Counted from the first letter of the stretch, positions 24,969 through 38,270 are shown. The stretch: 64,000 nt of DNA from Camelus dromedarius (GCF_036321535.1 NC_087437.1:18540001-18604000), one strand, 5' to 3'. Program-made: numbers and translations. The notes: generated from the sequence alone by a model not told the origin.

Positions 24969-26559
24969 GTCGGTCTCTCTCGGGAAGGGCAGCTGGACCT
25001 GCTGTGCAGGCTCTTCCCGCCCCTGCCCCAGGTCACTCGCCTGACTGGACCTCCCAGGAGGCCCGGCCCCCACCTGCACTTCCCAGCCTCTTGGTCTCAG
25101 GATAACCCCCGACACACCCCCCACCCCCCTAGTCTTAGCATCACCATCTCTGCAGGTTCTAAGGAAACCTGGCTCAGAAAGAACGAAAAGGAGAGATGGG
25201 AAATAATTCTGAAGCAAAATTTTGAAAACATGCCATGCGGTGGGAGCCAGCCAGACATAAAGATGTACAAGCTTGCTAACCTTGGCATCCGCTGGGGAGA
25301 ACTCACCTTCGTGAAGTGGGATAGTCAGTGCCTCAAAGCAGTGTAATTCTCTACTGATTGACTGGTGCGTGCAATCCGTGTTACAAGCCCATGCCCGTTC
25401 TGTGAAGGCCCTAGGGGACCCAGGATGAAAGAAGCTTGTGTGTTGAACATCATTTCCCTATTCTAGGCTGACTGCATGATTCCGTTGTCTTGTCCCACTC
25501 TTCCTGCCCCAAAGTGCCCCACTGATGTCAGTCTTATTTTGATCATCAGAAAATGCATCCCCCAGGCAGAGCCGCTGGGATGTCCATCACCCTGTGCATC
25601 AGAGGCGTTGGCATCTGGTTTGCTGCAGAACAAGCAGGTGTGGGAAGGCAGGCCAGCCTGCGGAGAGCTGTTTTCTAGCCCCGGGGCATGCGCCCAGCTC
25701 TGCCCTGCTAGCCCCACCCCCGCTCCTGAGTGGGGGCAGATTAGGCTTGTCTAAGCCCTGGAGGTTCTGGTTGATGCCACTCAGACTCTGCTAGGACTGG
25801 CTCATCCCAGTATCTGTGGGTTCATTTGTTCTTTCACTGTTTCATTCACGTGTGACTTAGGGAGTGCGGCTGTGTGCGAGGCTCCTTGCAGAGATGGGTG
25901 TGGCTATGCCCCTGCCTTCAGGAAGATCCCTGTCCTGTTGTGGAGGCAGACATATAAACTGGTGGATGACGGACGGCAACGTGGCAGTGTAGGCACGCCA
26001 GCGGAGGAATGCTTGAATTGGGGAGCGGAGGGGCGTGGGGGCTGTGGCAGTCAGGGAAGGCTTCCGGGAGGGGTGATACCTGAGTTGGCATTTGAAGAAT
26101 TCAGCAGACGAAGAGTCAGGAAGCCTGCAGACTGCTGTGTTTAGCACACAGCCCGCTCTGCCAGGCCGCTTGTCTGGTGGTGTTGCCTGTGGGATAATGT
26201 GCTGCTGGAGAGCGGTCCCGGGCCGGCAGCAGAAGCAGGCCTAGAGGTGGCTGATCCTAAGGGACAATGATCACCCTGTCAGGGGAAATTGATGTGGGAG
26301 CTGCAGATTGACTGGGTGCCCCAGCCCTGCTGGAGAAATACCTGACTCCTCATCCTGACTTTCAAAGCCCTTCAGGTCCTGGCTCTTCCCACCTCCCCTT
26401 AGCTCTCCCAACCCTCTCCTCCCCGCCTCCCCTCCACTGGAAGACGTCACAGAGGACTCCTCAGGTGACCTTCCTGGGCTCTCCCAGGACCCAGCGTACT
26501 CACCACACCCACCTGCTTCACACCCATGAGTGTATCCAGCTTCCTCTGATTCCCATGTC

Positions 26560-26740
26560 CATGCCCAACTCTGCTGTGTGCTGTGATGACCTTGGGCCAG
26601 TAACTTAACCTCTCTGAGCTCCAGTTTCCTCATCTGTAGGAGGAAAGAACCCACTTCTGAGGGTGGTTGTGAAGTGTGACTAACAGGCCCGGCGTCAGGG
26701 CCACTCTGCATGGCTGGGTGAGTGGTGCTCTGTGTAGGGC
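26560..26740 (+). mobile_element. MIR SINE (other MIR cores at ~1590-1700, 15920-16050, 23030-23180, 31520-31650, 32190-32400)
   Basis: tgaccttgggccagtaacttaacctctctgagctccagtttcctcatctgta core. Confidence 0.8.
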
Positions 26741-28353
26741 ACCTGGCTGAGAGGGCCAATGGGGGCCAGATTCCAGCCTGGTGCCCCTTACCTCACCATG
26801 AGCCCCGGGCCAGTGCCGCCCTGCCTGGCACAGAGCAGATGCTCCAACAGTGGTTATCCCTCCTCTCCACGGGGGGGCCTTCAGGTGGGCAGCCCTCTCC
26901 AGGACAGGTCTCTGCAGATGGGGGTCTTAGGCTGGCTGGGCTTCCACAGGTGCCTGCCATCCAGCCCACGGCCCGGGAGCAGGCGAGCAGGCTCCAAGCC
27001 GTGGGAGGTGGAGATAGGCCCCTTCCTCCTCGTCAGGGCTTCTCTGGGTCTTTAACATCGAGGCCCTGGGGACCAGGGTGGAGCCAAGTGCCGCACAGCC
27101 CGGAAGCTTCTACAATTCTGGGGGTTCTCTTAAAGAAAACGAATGTCAAATTTAGAAGGTGAAACCAGGACAAAAATGCATGTTAAATAAATATGAGAAC
27201 GTATGAGAAGAAATCACAGCAGCTTACACACTTTAAAAAGCTGACATATCACTCACATCACAAACTCCAGGAAAACTGACATAGTAACTTAAGTGACCTG
27301 CTCCACATATCCCTGCAATACTTCTTTCCTGCGTTTTTAATTCTGTCTTCTTTGCTAACCTTCTCATGTGACAGTGTATTTGTAAATGCCACTTTCCATG
27401 GAGAGAATAGATATTATGGTTGACTGAATTTTTTCTCCAACATTTGATTATGAAAAATTTCAAATGTACAGAAAAATTGAGAAAATTTTGTGGTGAAACA
27501 TCTGGATTGTACAGTTGTTAACCTTTTACCATGTTTGCTTGTGCACATATCCATGCGTCTGTCCCTCTTGTCATTTTTTTTTTTGCATTTCAGACTAAAT
27601 TGCAGACCTCAATGAACTTCACCCCTAACCTTCAGCTGTAGACGTATCACTAACTCAAATTCAGATGAAATTATTTTTTATTCTTGATAAATAATAACCA
27701 GACCCCACTCCATTGCCACCTGATGGGAGGAGAGAAAAGTGTGGGCAGAGGGGGCAAGAAAAATTTCCAAGGAGCTTGGCCCTCAGCCCCAGAGGTTGGG
27801 CCCTGGAGTGGGACGTGTTTATTCACAGGGTCACATCTCTCAGCGAAGGACCCTGCCCTCTTCCCTTCCCCTTAGAGGACCAACTCCTACTCCTCTGCCA
27901 TTGCTGTGTAAAGGCCTCCTAAAGGAAGTCTTCAGTAACCTCTGCCCACCCCAAGTGGGGTTGGGAGGTGCTCCTGAAGTCCCCAGATCCCAATGTCATG
28001 GCACAGGCTGCAGCTTCTCACGCCCCCACCCCCACATTGTCTCCTCTGCTGGACTGTAAGCCTTGCTTCTTGCCTTCTCCCCAGGGCTGAGCCTGGCACG
28101 GAGTAGGTGCTCAGTAAATATCTGTGGCAGGGGAGAGAGAGAGAAGGTCCACATTCTAGGGCGGGAGGTATTGGGGTGCCAAGGGCCGGCAGGGGGCTGC
28201 AGGGTGGATTTCTGAGTTTCTGCCTCATCCTGGGGTGCAGTGGTCACCTTGGCTGTCAGGGAGAAGCCCAGCGCTGGGTGGGGAGAGCAGCCACCCCCCC
28301 CACCCCCCGCCCGCAAGACCCCTGCTGACCTAGGCCTCTGGCATCTCTTCCAG

Positions 28354-28430
28354 TGCCCCAGGGTCAACGGAGTCAAGGCGCACACTAACCAGCGCAACCG
28401 GAGACAGGTGGTCCTGGACCTGCAGATCTG
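28354..28430 (+). CDS. ESYT3: ESYT3 exon 4 (77 nt)
   Basis: ttccag|CPRVNGVKAHTNQRNRRQVVLDLQI+TG|gtgagc. Confidence 0.95.
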
Positions 28431-30001
28431 GTGAGCCCTTGTGCCTGTGGGCCCAGGCGTGGGGGACGTGGAGCACTGTGAGAACAGCTGATTTGAAGAT
28501 GGAGTTGCAGATACACACTTCCGTTTGGAGTGAGACAGCCCCTCACAGCACGCGTCCCTCCTCCTCCCCCCAGGCTGGGGCACAAGGGCCCTGCTGGGAG
28601 GGGGAGGAGTGTCAAGAGAACGGACGCTCCCAGGGGAGCCAGTGCCTTCAGAGCCCTCAGCCCAGGCCGGGCTTCTCCCGTAACCCAGGCACCAGGCAGG
28701 TTCTGGGAACCAAGACCCAGGCAGCAGAGCTGTTTTACAGACCAGGGCACCTGGAGGGTCAGACCATCTGCCTCAGAGAGGATGCAACAAAAGGGAGTAA
28801 GCGTGACGAAAAAATGTGGGGACTTGTGCGACCCAGGGAGCTCTGAGCACAGGCTGGGAGAGAGCAGCGGGGGAACTGGGCTCTGTGGCACCGCAGGAAA
28901 ACTAAAGGGTGCAGAGACACATGAGTGACTAGTTCAGTAGGTTGGGTAAGGGCACCTCTTTCGAATGAGGTTTGCAATAGGCTTGAGTCAGAGAGAAGGA
29001 AGATTCAATCCAGGAAGTGTTCCTAGAGGTGGTGGGATTCAAACTGTACTTAAAGGACCAAGGATCCACTCCAGAGGTTCTGAATGTTGCCGTTCCTTTC
29101 CAGTGCCTCGTATTTCCTGTCCTTAGCTCAGAGGCTGGCACTGAGAGCACACTGGGAAGACAGGAGTCATCTCTGGGAACGGCCATGCCCAGATGGGAGC
29201 CAGTCTCAAGTGTGTTGAGATGGTGGTGCCAGTTGGGCACTGCCAGCCCCAAAGCTCCACCACAAGATCCTTGTGTGAATAGTTGGGGTGTGTCAAGGTC
29301 ATCTGGCCCAGCCTCGCAGTCAGCTCAGGGAACCTCGGGCTCCCAGGTTCCCCCCGCCCCTCCAGGGGACACCCAGCATTTTTGTGGTGTCTGGCCTCTC
29401 CGCCTGTGTCCTCAGATATGGAATGGGCACCTCTGCCTCCTCTTAGTTTCTCCTCAGTCCTTTGACAGGGTCTCTGCCCTCTGCCCTCAAGGGCACCCAT
29501 GCTGGGCTCCCTGTGCCCTGCTTGGCAGGAGCCTCCAGCTGGACTCAGGCTCCTGAGCCTGTGTGGCTTTTCCCACCTCAGCACCACCAGCAACAGCCCG
29601 TGTGAATGGCTGGATGGAGGCAGCGGGGCTGCTCTGTGTCCTTGGAAATGAGACCTGGGCAGAGATGGGGCAGGGGCACAGTGGTGTGTGCACCTAGAGC
29701 CCCCCTTCACATCTGTGGGGGGTCGTGGGGTGAGGTGGAGCCCAGAGTCACTGCCCTTGTGGACAGAGGTGGGGGTGCTCATGGGACACAAGGGTGCGGG
29801 AACCTGGGGGGCTGCCTCTGGGAGTCTGGGCTCGGGGCAATGTCTGCTCAGAGCTGAGAAAAGCCAAGGCTGTTAGGGAGTCCACAGCTGAGTGATACAG
29901 GGCTCAGGCTTGGGCTGGGCTGCCCTGGGCATGTCTCCCGACCTCTCTGAGTTGGGGACCTGGTCCTCCTCCCCACCCTCCTTCTCCCTCCGCACTTTCA
30001 G

Positions 30002-30068
30002 CTACATTGGGGACTGTGAGATCAGCGTGGAGCTGCAGAAGATACAGGCTGGTGTGAACGGGATCCAG
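30002..30068 (+). CDS. ESYT3: ESYT3 exon 5 (67 nt)
   Basis: tttcag|C+YIGDCEISVELQKIQAGVNGIQ|gtgggt. Confidence 0.95.
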
Positions 30069-30667
30069 GTGGGTGGAGCGCAGCTTAACTGCCTCCGGGG
30101 CCGTGTTCAGGGCAGGAGAAGCGGGGTTTTGCTGGAGCAGGCTGCAGAAGGGGGTGATGACACCAGGCTCAGAGGCAGGCAACAATCAGGGGTTCCTGGC
30201 CCGAGGTCGCACCATCCCACTGCTCAGGACAGCCCCACGCCTGCCCACGCCTGCCTCTGTTTGCCAGGTCCCTTCCAGAGAGGCCTCAGCTGCCCTGGGA
30301 AGTGAGAGGCCCTCTTTCTGGAGCAATGCAGAATGGGTGCTGAGAAACTGAGGCGGGTGGAGGAGATGGAGCCACCTTACAGCAGGAGTGGAGTAGCTGA
30401 GGAGGAGCTGGAAAGCACCCCTGGGGCCCGGCTGTAGGAGAGGGCAGCGGGGGCCAGCTCATGGCCCATGGCAGCTGGCAGAGTGGTGGCAGCTGAGTGC
30501 AGGCCTCTCTTCCCCATGTGTGGTCCCTGCTGTGGCAGCAGGTGGCCCTGACCCTTGGGGGTGGCCTAGGCATGAATGAGCCAGCAGCGGCCTAGCTGAG
30601 CACAGCAGGTGCGGGAGGCAGGGAGGCTGAGGTCCTGTGCCATCCAGTTGCCTCCTGTGCCATCCAG

Positions 30668-30757
30668 CTGCAGGGCACACTGCGGGTCATCCTGGAGCCC
30701 CTCCTGGTGGACAAGCCCTTCGTGGGAGCTGTGACCATGTTCTTCCTGCAAAAGCCG
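30668..30757 (+). CDS. ESYT3: ESYT3 exon 6 (90 nt)
   Basis: catccag|LQGTLRVILEPLLVDKPFVGAVTMFFLQKP|gtgagt; acceptor duplicated (see findings). Confidence 0.92.
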
Positions 30758-31226
30758 GTGAGTCCCAGGGATGAGGCAGGCCTGTTGCTCCCTGGGAGTC
30801 AGTGCTTGCCCACTGAGCCCTGTCACTGAGCTTGAGCCCCAGAACAGGTGCTGCCAAAGACCCCCCAGACCCCTTATCTCATGTGCTCCTTAAGGTGCCT
30901 GAGGGCTGGACTCTGCTCAGCCCAGAGAGGTGGCCGGCTGAGGTCACACAGCTGTTGGAGGTGGAGAGGAGGCTGTCACCCAGAGCTCTCGGGCCCAAGA
31001 CAGCTGGTGGCCACTCCTGTGGTCCCAGCAGGGAGCAGCCCACCTGACAGCCCCAGTCCTGAGCAGGACTGGGCGGTGCCCTCACCTGCCTGACCCCTGA
31101 TAGAGGGCGCCCTGGCCCCCAGCAGGCTGAATTCTCCGTGGGGGTGGGTGTGAGGCACTTGGCAGAGGCTTCTCAGCCTGGGCTTCTGGCCCCTTCCTAC
31201 CTGACTGCCTCCCTCTGCCTCTGCAG

Positions 31227-31282
31227 CACCTGCAGATCAACTGGACCGGCTTGACCAACCTGCTGGATGCGCCAGTAATTAA
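31227..31282 (+). CDS. ESYT3: ESYT3 exon 7 (56 nt)
   Basis: ctgcag|HLQINWTGLTNLLDAPVI+AA|gtaagt. Confidence 0.94.
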
Positions 31283-32648
31283 GTAAGTGCCTGTGCGAAC
31301 TGCCAGGCAGACCCGAGGTGGGGAGGCGGGGCCCTCAGGGCTGGGCAGTCAGTGCTGAGAGCTGCATCATGGCTGTGCCCTCCCCGCCGCTCTGTGCACA
31401 GGGAGAGGGGTGGGCACCTGCCCCTTCCAGGGGGAAAGTGTTGATGTGTGTGGAGCGCACACCATCGGGTGAGATGTCCTAGAGAAGGCCACATGGACTC
31501 ATGAGAGGCGAGCACGCGCTCTGGAACTGAACCAGGCTCCTGGCCCTGGCCCTTGGCAGCTGTATGCCTTTGGACAAGTTACTTCACCTCTCTGGGCTCT
31601 TTCTAAGTAAAAGGGGAGCCAGATTCCTCTGTATTAAGGTCCCTGGGAGAACACTGAGGTGCGTGTGGTGCTGCTGGCACGGTGGATGTGGACACACCCA
31701 CATGTCCTCTTTCTGCTCTCATCCATTCCCTCCCCAGCCCGTGTGTGTGAGAAGCCCACGAGGCTCCCCACCCATGGTGACCACGTCACAGACACAGGTG
31801 TGGGAGGTGGCAGCTGTCACAGCAGAGGCCAGTGAGGCAGAGCTGATCTGGGCACCTCATCTTCCTGGGGCCAGGGTGCTGCTGTGCTCAGGGCTCCAGT
31901 CCCATGTGGACCACCTCCCAGGACGGAGGGACAGTGGGACAGACCAGGGTGCCCACTGGTTGGCTCGCCAGGCCCAGCAGCTGCCATACCTTCAGGGAGG
32001 ACCACTCGCTGACTCTCTGGGAACATTCCCACTGAGCTCTGCCACCTAGATGCAGAGAACCCATTCTTCCTTTCAGAAGCTATTTCCTGAGCACCTACTG
32101 TGTGCCAGCCCTGTTCTAGGCCCTGCCCATCTCCCTATACTGAGGAGATGGAGTCGGGCTGTACAGAATGGAAGGGCTGCGGTAGAGAACACGTGCCCCG
32201 CATTTACTGTGCACTAGGCACTGTTCCCAGCACTTTACGGATATTAACTCATCCTCATAACAACCCCAGGAGGAAGGCATAATTATCCCCACTGTAGAGA
32301 TGTGGAAATTGAGGTCCAGAGAGGTTAGGGACTTTCCAGGGTCACACAGCTTATGGTTGGTGGAGCCAAGCTTCTAACACAGGCCCCAGTCCTCACTCTG
32401 AGCTACCACTCTGTGATGCCTCAGAGAACAGAGCGGGACTGGGGTGGGGTGGGGGCTCGGGGCAGTCATTGTGTATACCCACATCCTGCCCCTGACCCCT
32501 CATCCAGGCAGGCTGGGGTCAGGGCCGCTCTCTCCCAGGAAGGGCCCACCCCACCAAGCTGGTTCCAGCTGTGGGGATGGGTGGAGGGGCAGGTGGCCTG
32601 GGGGAGGTGGTGCCACCCTCCATAGCTGGTTGTGCCCACTGTCCCCAG

Positions 32649-32769
32649 CGAGGTGACAGACAGCTTGCTGGAGGACCTCATCGCCGCCCACCTGGTGCTG
32701 CCCAACCGCGTGACTGTGCCTGTGAAGAAGGGGCTGGACGTGGCCAACCTGCGCTTCCCTCTGCCTTGC
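32649..32769 (+). CDS. ESYT3: ESYT3 exon 8 (121 nt, end of SMP)
   Basis: ccccag|C+EVTDSLLEDLIAAHLVLPNRVTVPVKKGLDVANLRFPLPC|gtgagt. Confidence 0.95.
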
Positions 32770-34753
32770 GTGAGTGCCCGCGCTGGCTGCCGAGCGCTGG
32801 GCCTGGAGCTGAGGGACAGATGGGCGGGGGCTTTGCCTCCTCAGATGGTGATGCTTATTTCTGCCCTGTGGGGGGCCTGGTACCCCGTTCTATGGGGCTA
32901 AGATTGAGTCTCAGGAACGTTGAATGACTTGCCCAAAGTCACCCATCTTGGGAGGGACAAAAGCCCAGGGGCCATTCCTTCCTGGATCTTGGTCCCCTAC
33001 TTCCTGTGGGCAGTCACCCTCGCCCCCAGGAAACTCCAGGAGCTCCCCATCCTCCCTTTGGGGACAGGAGGCTCCCGCTCCATTCTTCAGTGGTAGAAAG
33101 AACCCTTGTGTCTGCTGGGAAGGAGGAGGTTCGGGGGAGCCAGGACATGGGGCTTCCTTGGGTGCTCAGTGCCCCCAGCCCCTGCCCATCCTGGGCCCAG
33201 CTCAGGAGACCCCTGAGGACAGCCATGTGGCCTCCCTGCAGAAGGTGCCATGCCGATGGGCCTGAGCCCTTCAGGCTGGGAGTCGGCCTCAGGAGAGAGG
33301 AACGTGCCTTTTTTTCCTTTTTACCATCAGTGCCAGGTGTGAGGCATCAGCCCACAAAGGCCATGGGGTGAGGCTCAGGCCAGCCTTCTCACAGCCACGC
33401 GTGGGCCATTTCCCACACCATGCATTTAGCGATCTCAGAATAACAGTCCAGCACCTCACCTACACCGCAGCTACCGCAGGCCTTCTGTCCTGAGGGCATG
33501 TCCACTAGAGACGTGCTGTCAAGTTGCTAGGATTTAAATTCACTTGGAATAGTTCCTCTCTGTTTGTGACAAGAGGCCGTGAATATTTACATGGATTTGT
33601 TTCCTTCCATTTTCTGTTTCTAGGGTTTAATTTTTACCTTGACTTCTTTTTATAATCATGTGAAATATCTTCACGCTTCTAACGTCCAATACGACAAGCA
33701 GGTTGTACTTTAAGGAGTCTGGCTTCCCCGTTCCCTCCACCTGAGTCCCCGCTTCCCCCATGAGTAGTGGTTTGTCCTCCCAGTATTTTTCATTACGTGT
33801 TTTCTAATACGAGCAGGTACATGTATGTGCTTGTGTGTCCACACCTGATTACACTGGCAGGCCCCCGTCTTGGATGGGTGGCAGCACGCGACAGCTCTCC
33901 TCACCTTGCTTTTATCATTTGTGTGTCATGACGGCCACTCCGTGACACTGTAGGACGCGGTACTCCGCCACGTGAATGTACCGCATTTATGTAACTAGTT
34001 CTCCACTGATGGACGGTTGAGTTATGTCTAGTCCTTTGCTATTTCAGATAGTGCTGTCTTGAAGAGCCTTGTACGTGTCTCTTTATATTTTTGCCAATAT
34101 GCCTTTAGGATAGATTTTGAGAGGGGATTGCTGGGTCAAAGGGCAAGTGCATATGTATTTACTGATATTTAAAAGAAATAGTTCTAGGCAGGAGGCCTAC
34201 TGGCCCCTTGAACTGTGTTTTTCCTAATTCCTGAGCTCTGTTCTGCTGTATGACATAGCCAGGGTGGCGGGAGCGGGGGAGTCAGTGTGGGGCCTTTTAT
34301 GAGCACAGGGACCCACCGCCAATAGCACGCAGTGCCTATAGGGGTGTGGACACCGGGCACTGGGCAGAAATGATACTGGACCTGGGTCTACGTGCAGGAT
34401 GGAGATGGGGCTGGAACACAGGAGGGAACCTGCTTGGGTAGCTTGGTGGTTGGCACAGGAGGAGGAAATGGCTGCAGTTGAATAGGCCATGCACGCAGCA
34501 GGTCGGAGGCAGGGAGGGTCAGGAGGCTGGGAACTCGGGCTGGCATCCTGACGCGGTGGACAGAGCCCCAGGCCCTGCCATCACCTGCTGCATGGCCTTG
34601 GCCGGGAGGCTGCCATCTCTGGCTTCTGTGTCCCAATCCAGACTTGGAGAGGGTGAGACGGGGCTGGGGTGATAGCTGGTGGCTTTAGCTCTGATGTTGG
34701 GGGCCTTGAGGGCCCTGAGACAGCTCTGAGCCCCGGGCTGGGGCATTTTCCAG

Positions 34754-34924
34754 GGGGTTATCAGAGTCCACTTGCTGGAGGCGGAGAAGCTGGCCCAGAA
34801 GGACAGCTTCCTAGGGATCCGGGGCAAGTCAGACCCCTACGCCAAGGTGAGCATCGGCCTGCAGCATTTCCGGAGCAGGACCATCTACAAGAACCTGAAC
34901 CCCACCTGGAATGAGGTGTTTGAG
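34754..34924 (+). CDS. ESYT3: ESYT3 exon 9 (171 nt, C2A)
   Basis: ttccag|GVIRVHLLEAEKLAQKDSFLGIRGKSDPYAKVSIG...PTWNEVFE|gtgagg. Confidence 0.96.
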
Positions 34925-35598
34925 GTGAGGCTCTCCTGGCTGCTCTCGATGCACTTGGGGCTTCATTCTGGGTCGTGCTGGCCAAACGAGGGAGGGTCTC
35001 ACCTTCCTGATCCTCACATGCTGAGGGGCAATGCCAGGCCAGATGCGTGGGCCCTGCAGACAGATGGGTCTGTGTAACTCCTATCTCCCATGTCCACCAG
35101 GCCCCAGAGGCGGGTGTCTGCTGGAGGGCCGGCTTATAGACAGACTCAACTTTGTTGGAAGTGTTCAAATCAAATCAAAGAACCTCAGGGGCAGTTCTGT
35201 CTGTCCTGTCAGTCTCCCCTGCCAGAGCCAGACACTGGGAGGCTGAAGTTCTTCCTGAAGTTCAGTCACCATCCCTACCTGCCGTACAAGGGGGAGGCCC
35301 CACCTGCTGAGTCCTCTGGAAGCTGCAAGCACGGGGCAGAGCACAGGGCAGCCACCGTCCCGAGCAGCCTCTGCCCCAGGCTGCCACAAGCGGCCCCTCA
35401 TCCTCCTCTTCCCAGAGGAGAAGGCATCACTCCCTTCTTACAGGCGGGGTCCTCCAGGCACCGAGAAGGGCAGGAACCTGCCCGGGGCTCCGAGCTGCCA
35501 GGTGGCAGAGCTGAACTTGGCTCCGTGGGGGTCATGCCTGAGGTTGGCTTCACCAGACCTTGTGGCCTGCAGGTCAAGTCGCCTCTCTTTCCTTCCAG

Positions 35599-35681
35599 TT
35601 CATAGTGTATGAGGTCCCTGGGCAGGACCTGGAGGTGGACCTATACGACGAGGATCCTGACAGGGATGACTTCTTGGGCAG
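35599..35681 (+). CDS. ESYT3: ESYT3 exon 10 (83 nt, C2A acidic loop)
   Basis: ttccag|FIVYEVPGQDLEVDLYDEDPDRDDFLG+AG|gtgagg. Confidence 0.96.
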
Positions 35682-36859
35682 GTGAGGAGGAGGGCCGAGC
35701 TGGGCCTGGGGGCACAGGTACCCCTGCTCCCACCCCTCAGGGACCTGCGACCTCACTGGTTACTCTGCTGAGGTGACTGTGCCAGGCAACTGGCCCCATC
35801 ATTCTGCATTGTTGCCACACCCCTCCTCCCCAGATGTCTCCCGAGTGCCCAGCCCTGGGCTCGGCCCTGGGGGTACAGAGAGGACCCCAGGGTCTGTGTA
35901 CCATGGGCTCAGCTTTGTGTGCTGCTCATTACATGCCCAGAGTCCCCTTTGGGAGCAGTGGGCAGGGGCAGGGCTGGCATGGGCACCAGGCCCTGGGGCC
36001 AAGGCACCCTGTCTGCTCACTCAGGGGCGGAACACAGACCTCAGGGCCATGGAGTGTACAGGAAATAACTGGGGTTGGGGCTGGCTATCAGAACTCCAAA
36101 TGTACATGGGTTTTGATCCTGCCGTCCCACCTCCAGGAATCTCCTGTAAAATAAAAGCGTTATACCTGAAATGTTGAGTGCAGACTTGCCTTTGGCAAAA
36201 GAAGCAGCTGGAAATAACATGTGTGCAGCTCAGAGGACATTGGTCGAATGTTTGAATAAATTTGTCATTGCCAAACCACCAGATACCCTGTAGCTTTTAA
36301 AAATGATGAGTAGGATCTATGTAAGTTGACCTTGAGGACATTCGTTATTTGTCTAGGCAAATGGGGGAAGCGGTTGGGCTGACCTGAACAGTTGATTCAT
36401 CTTTCCAGGGAGGGCGGTCATATACGTGTTGGCCTGTGTTCACGTGGAAGCGACAGCAGACTGCGCGCGAGTCGTCTCAGAGGCTGGGATTAATAGGCAG
36501 CAGAAAAGAGTTTTACCCAAATCTTCACATTCCTAAATTGTGCAGCTTGTTTCCATGAACATGTGATTTTTAAAAGTAGTAACAAAATGGGAGGGGCACA
36601 ATCTGACAGCCCAAAAAATAACTTACCACCAGATGTTACTTATCATTTAAAATTTTCCATCCAAATGGAAGTAGTTGTGGTTTGTGTAGTGTTGCAGATT
36701 AGAAGTGTCTTGTGGTTCATGTTTTACATAACTGATTTCAAGTGTGTTTTAAGCTCAAGCACATTTCTAACAGTCACACAGAGTTAACCTCCCTTCTGGC
36801 TGTCAGGACCTTCCAGTTGGGCTTAGGTCGGGGTAGGTGGGAGACATGCTGTGAACGAG

Positions 36860-37095
36860 GGTGTTACTGCCTCTCACATATATGCCAACTAGACTTATTC
36901 CCTGGAGGGCATCTGGGGCAGTTTTGGAAATGGAGGGGCATTTGGAGTTGTTACAGTGACCGCAGGAGGTGGTGCCACTGGCATTTAGAGGGCACAGGAC
37001 TGGGAAGCTAAATTCCTGCAACGCATGGGCAGTTTTGCACAATGAAGGATCATCCGAGCCAAAATGCCAGTAGCAGCGTCCCTGAGGAATCCAGA
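36860..37095. mobile_element. MER20-like hAT-Charlie element
   Basis: ggggcatttggagttgttacagtgac...gccactggcatttagag...tgcacaatgaaggatcatccgagccaaaatgccagtag. Confidence 0.65.
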
Positions 37096-37361
37096 GCCAG
37101 TGTTTCCAGCAGCGTCTGTTTATTCCCCTCTGGAGATCAGAGCTGCCTGCCCCCTGGGTGGCACACCTGATGGGAGCAGCCTATGGTTAGACAGTCCTTC
37201 CTCTGAGCTCAGAGCAGTCTCCCATTCATTCCTTGGGATGAATAAGGTCCTGTCAGGAGGCCCCCCTCAGATATTTGAAAACAGATCCCAGAGTGGGCTC
37301 CATGCCCTCGGCTTCTGCCACCTCTGAGCCGAGCTGACCTCCCCCTCCCCGTGTCTTCCAG

Positions 37362-37410
37362 CCTGCAGATCTGCCTTGGGGACGTCATGACCAACAGAGT
37401 GGTGGATGAG
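37362..37410 (+). CDS. ESYT3: ESYT3 exon 11 (49 nt)
   Basis: ttccag|C+LQICLGDVMTNRVVDE|gtagga. Confidence 0.95.
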
Positions 37411-37626
37411 GTAGGATTGGTGCCCGCAACTCCCTCCCTGTGTGCGGCGCTGTTTCCACCCCAAAGTGTAGCACTTCTGCCCTCCTGGTCCCTCTGCACC
37501 ATCTGGGCTGGTTCACCTCCTTCCTGAAGCCTCTCTTAGGGCCCTACTGGGTCCCAGACCGAGCTGCCTGGAGAGTCAGCAGCGTCTCTGGCCCTTTTCC
37601 CAAGCTCCCCCATCCCCTCCCCGCAG

Positions 37627-37716
37627 TGGTTTCCCCTGAACGACACAACCAGCGGGCGGCTGCACCTGCAGCTCGAGTGGCTCTCCCTGATCGCAGACCC
37701 GGATGCTCTGACTGAG
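37627..37716 (+). CDS. ESYT3: ESYT3 exon 12 (90 nt)
   Basis: ccgcag|WFPLNDTTSGRLHLQLEWLSLIADPDALTE|gtgagc. Confidence 0.95.
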
Positions 37717-38105
37717 GTGAGCGTGGGGTGCTAGGGCTCCCTGGCAGAAAGGCGGAGGGGGTACTTGTGGCAGGACTGGGCCCTCTGTGAGCTGTGCGCA
37801 TGGGGGCAGGGGGAGGGAGGGAGATGAAGCCCCCAGACCTTGCCCAGAGCCCTCTGGCCAGCCCCACCCTCTGGAGAGCGTGGGCACACAGGGCGGGTGG
37901 AATCCCTAAAAGCTGCCAGCCCAGTTCACAGGCAAGCCTACAGATCTTGACTTGAATCTGTCATGCTGTAGTTGCATTTTCAGCTTCAGCAAAGAGCTAG
38001 GTCGTGAGGGACAGTGTGGCCAGTTTGGAGTGCAAGGCTTCTCCAAAGCCAGCCTGCATCACCTGCTGCCGGGGGCACCTCGTGAGAGTCTGTGTCTGCT
38101 TGTAG

Positions 38106-38168
38106 GGCCACGGGAGCCTTTCCACTGCCATCCTCGTGGTCTTCTTGGAGAGTGCCTGCAACCTGCCG
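38106..38168 (+). CDS. ESYT3: ESYT3 exon 13 (63 nt, start of C2B)
   Basis: ttgtag|GHGSLSTAILVVFLESACNLP|gtgagt. Confidence 0.95.
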
Positions 38169-38270
38169 GTGAGTGGTGACACGGCCAGAGTGTCACACAC
38201 ACCTGGCCTTGGGCCCATCACTTTCAAACGTCCACATGTTGCTGATTTACCCTTTCTTCTCGTGCTGCAG

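Noticed and set aside
27996..29791. Long (160-222 aa) ORFs on both strands around exon 4 and in intron 4
   Set aside because: GC-rich low-complexity translations with no recognisable domain or splice structure; expected by chance
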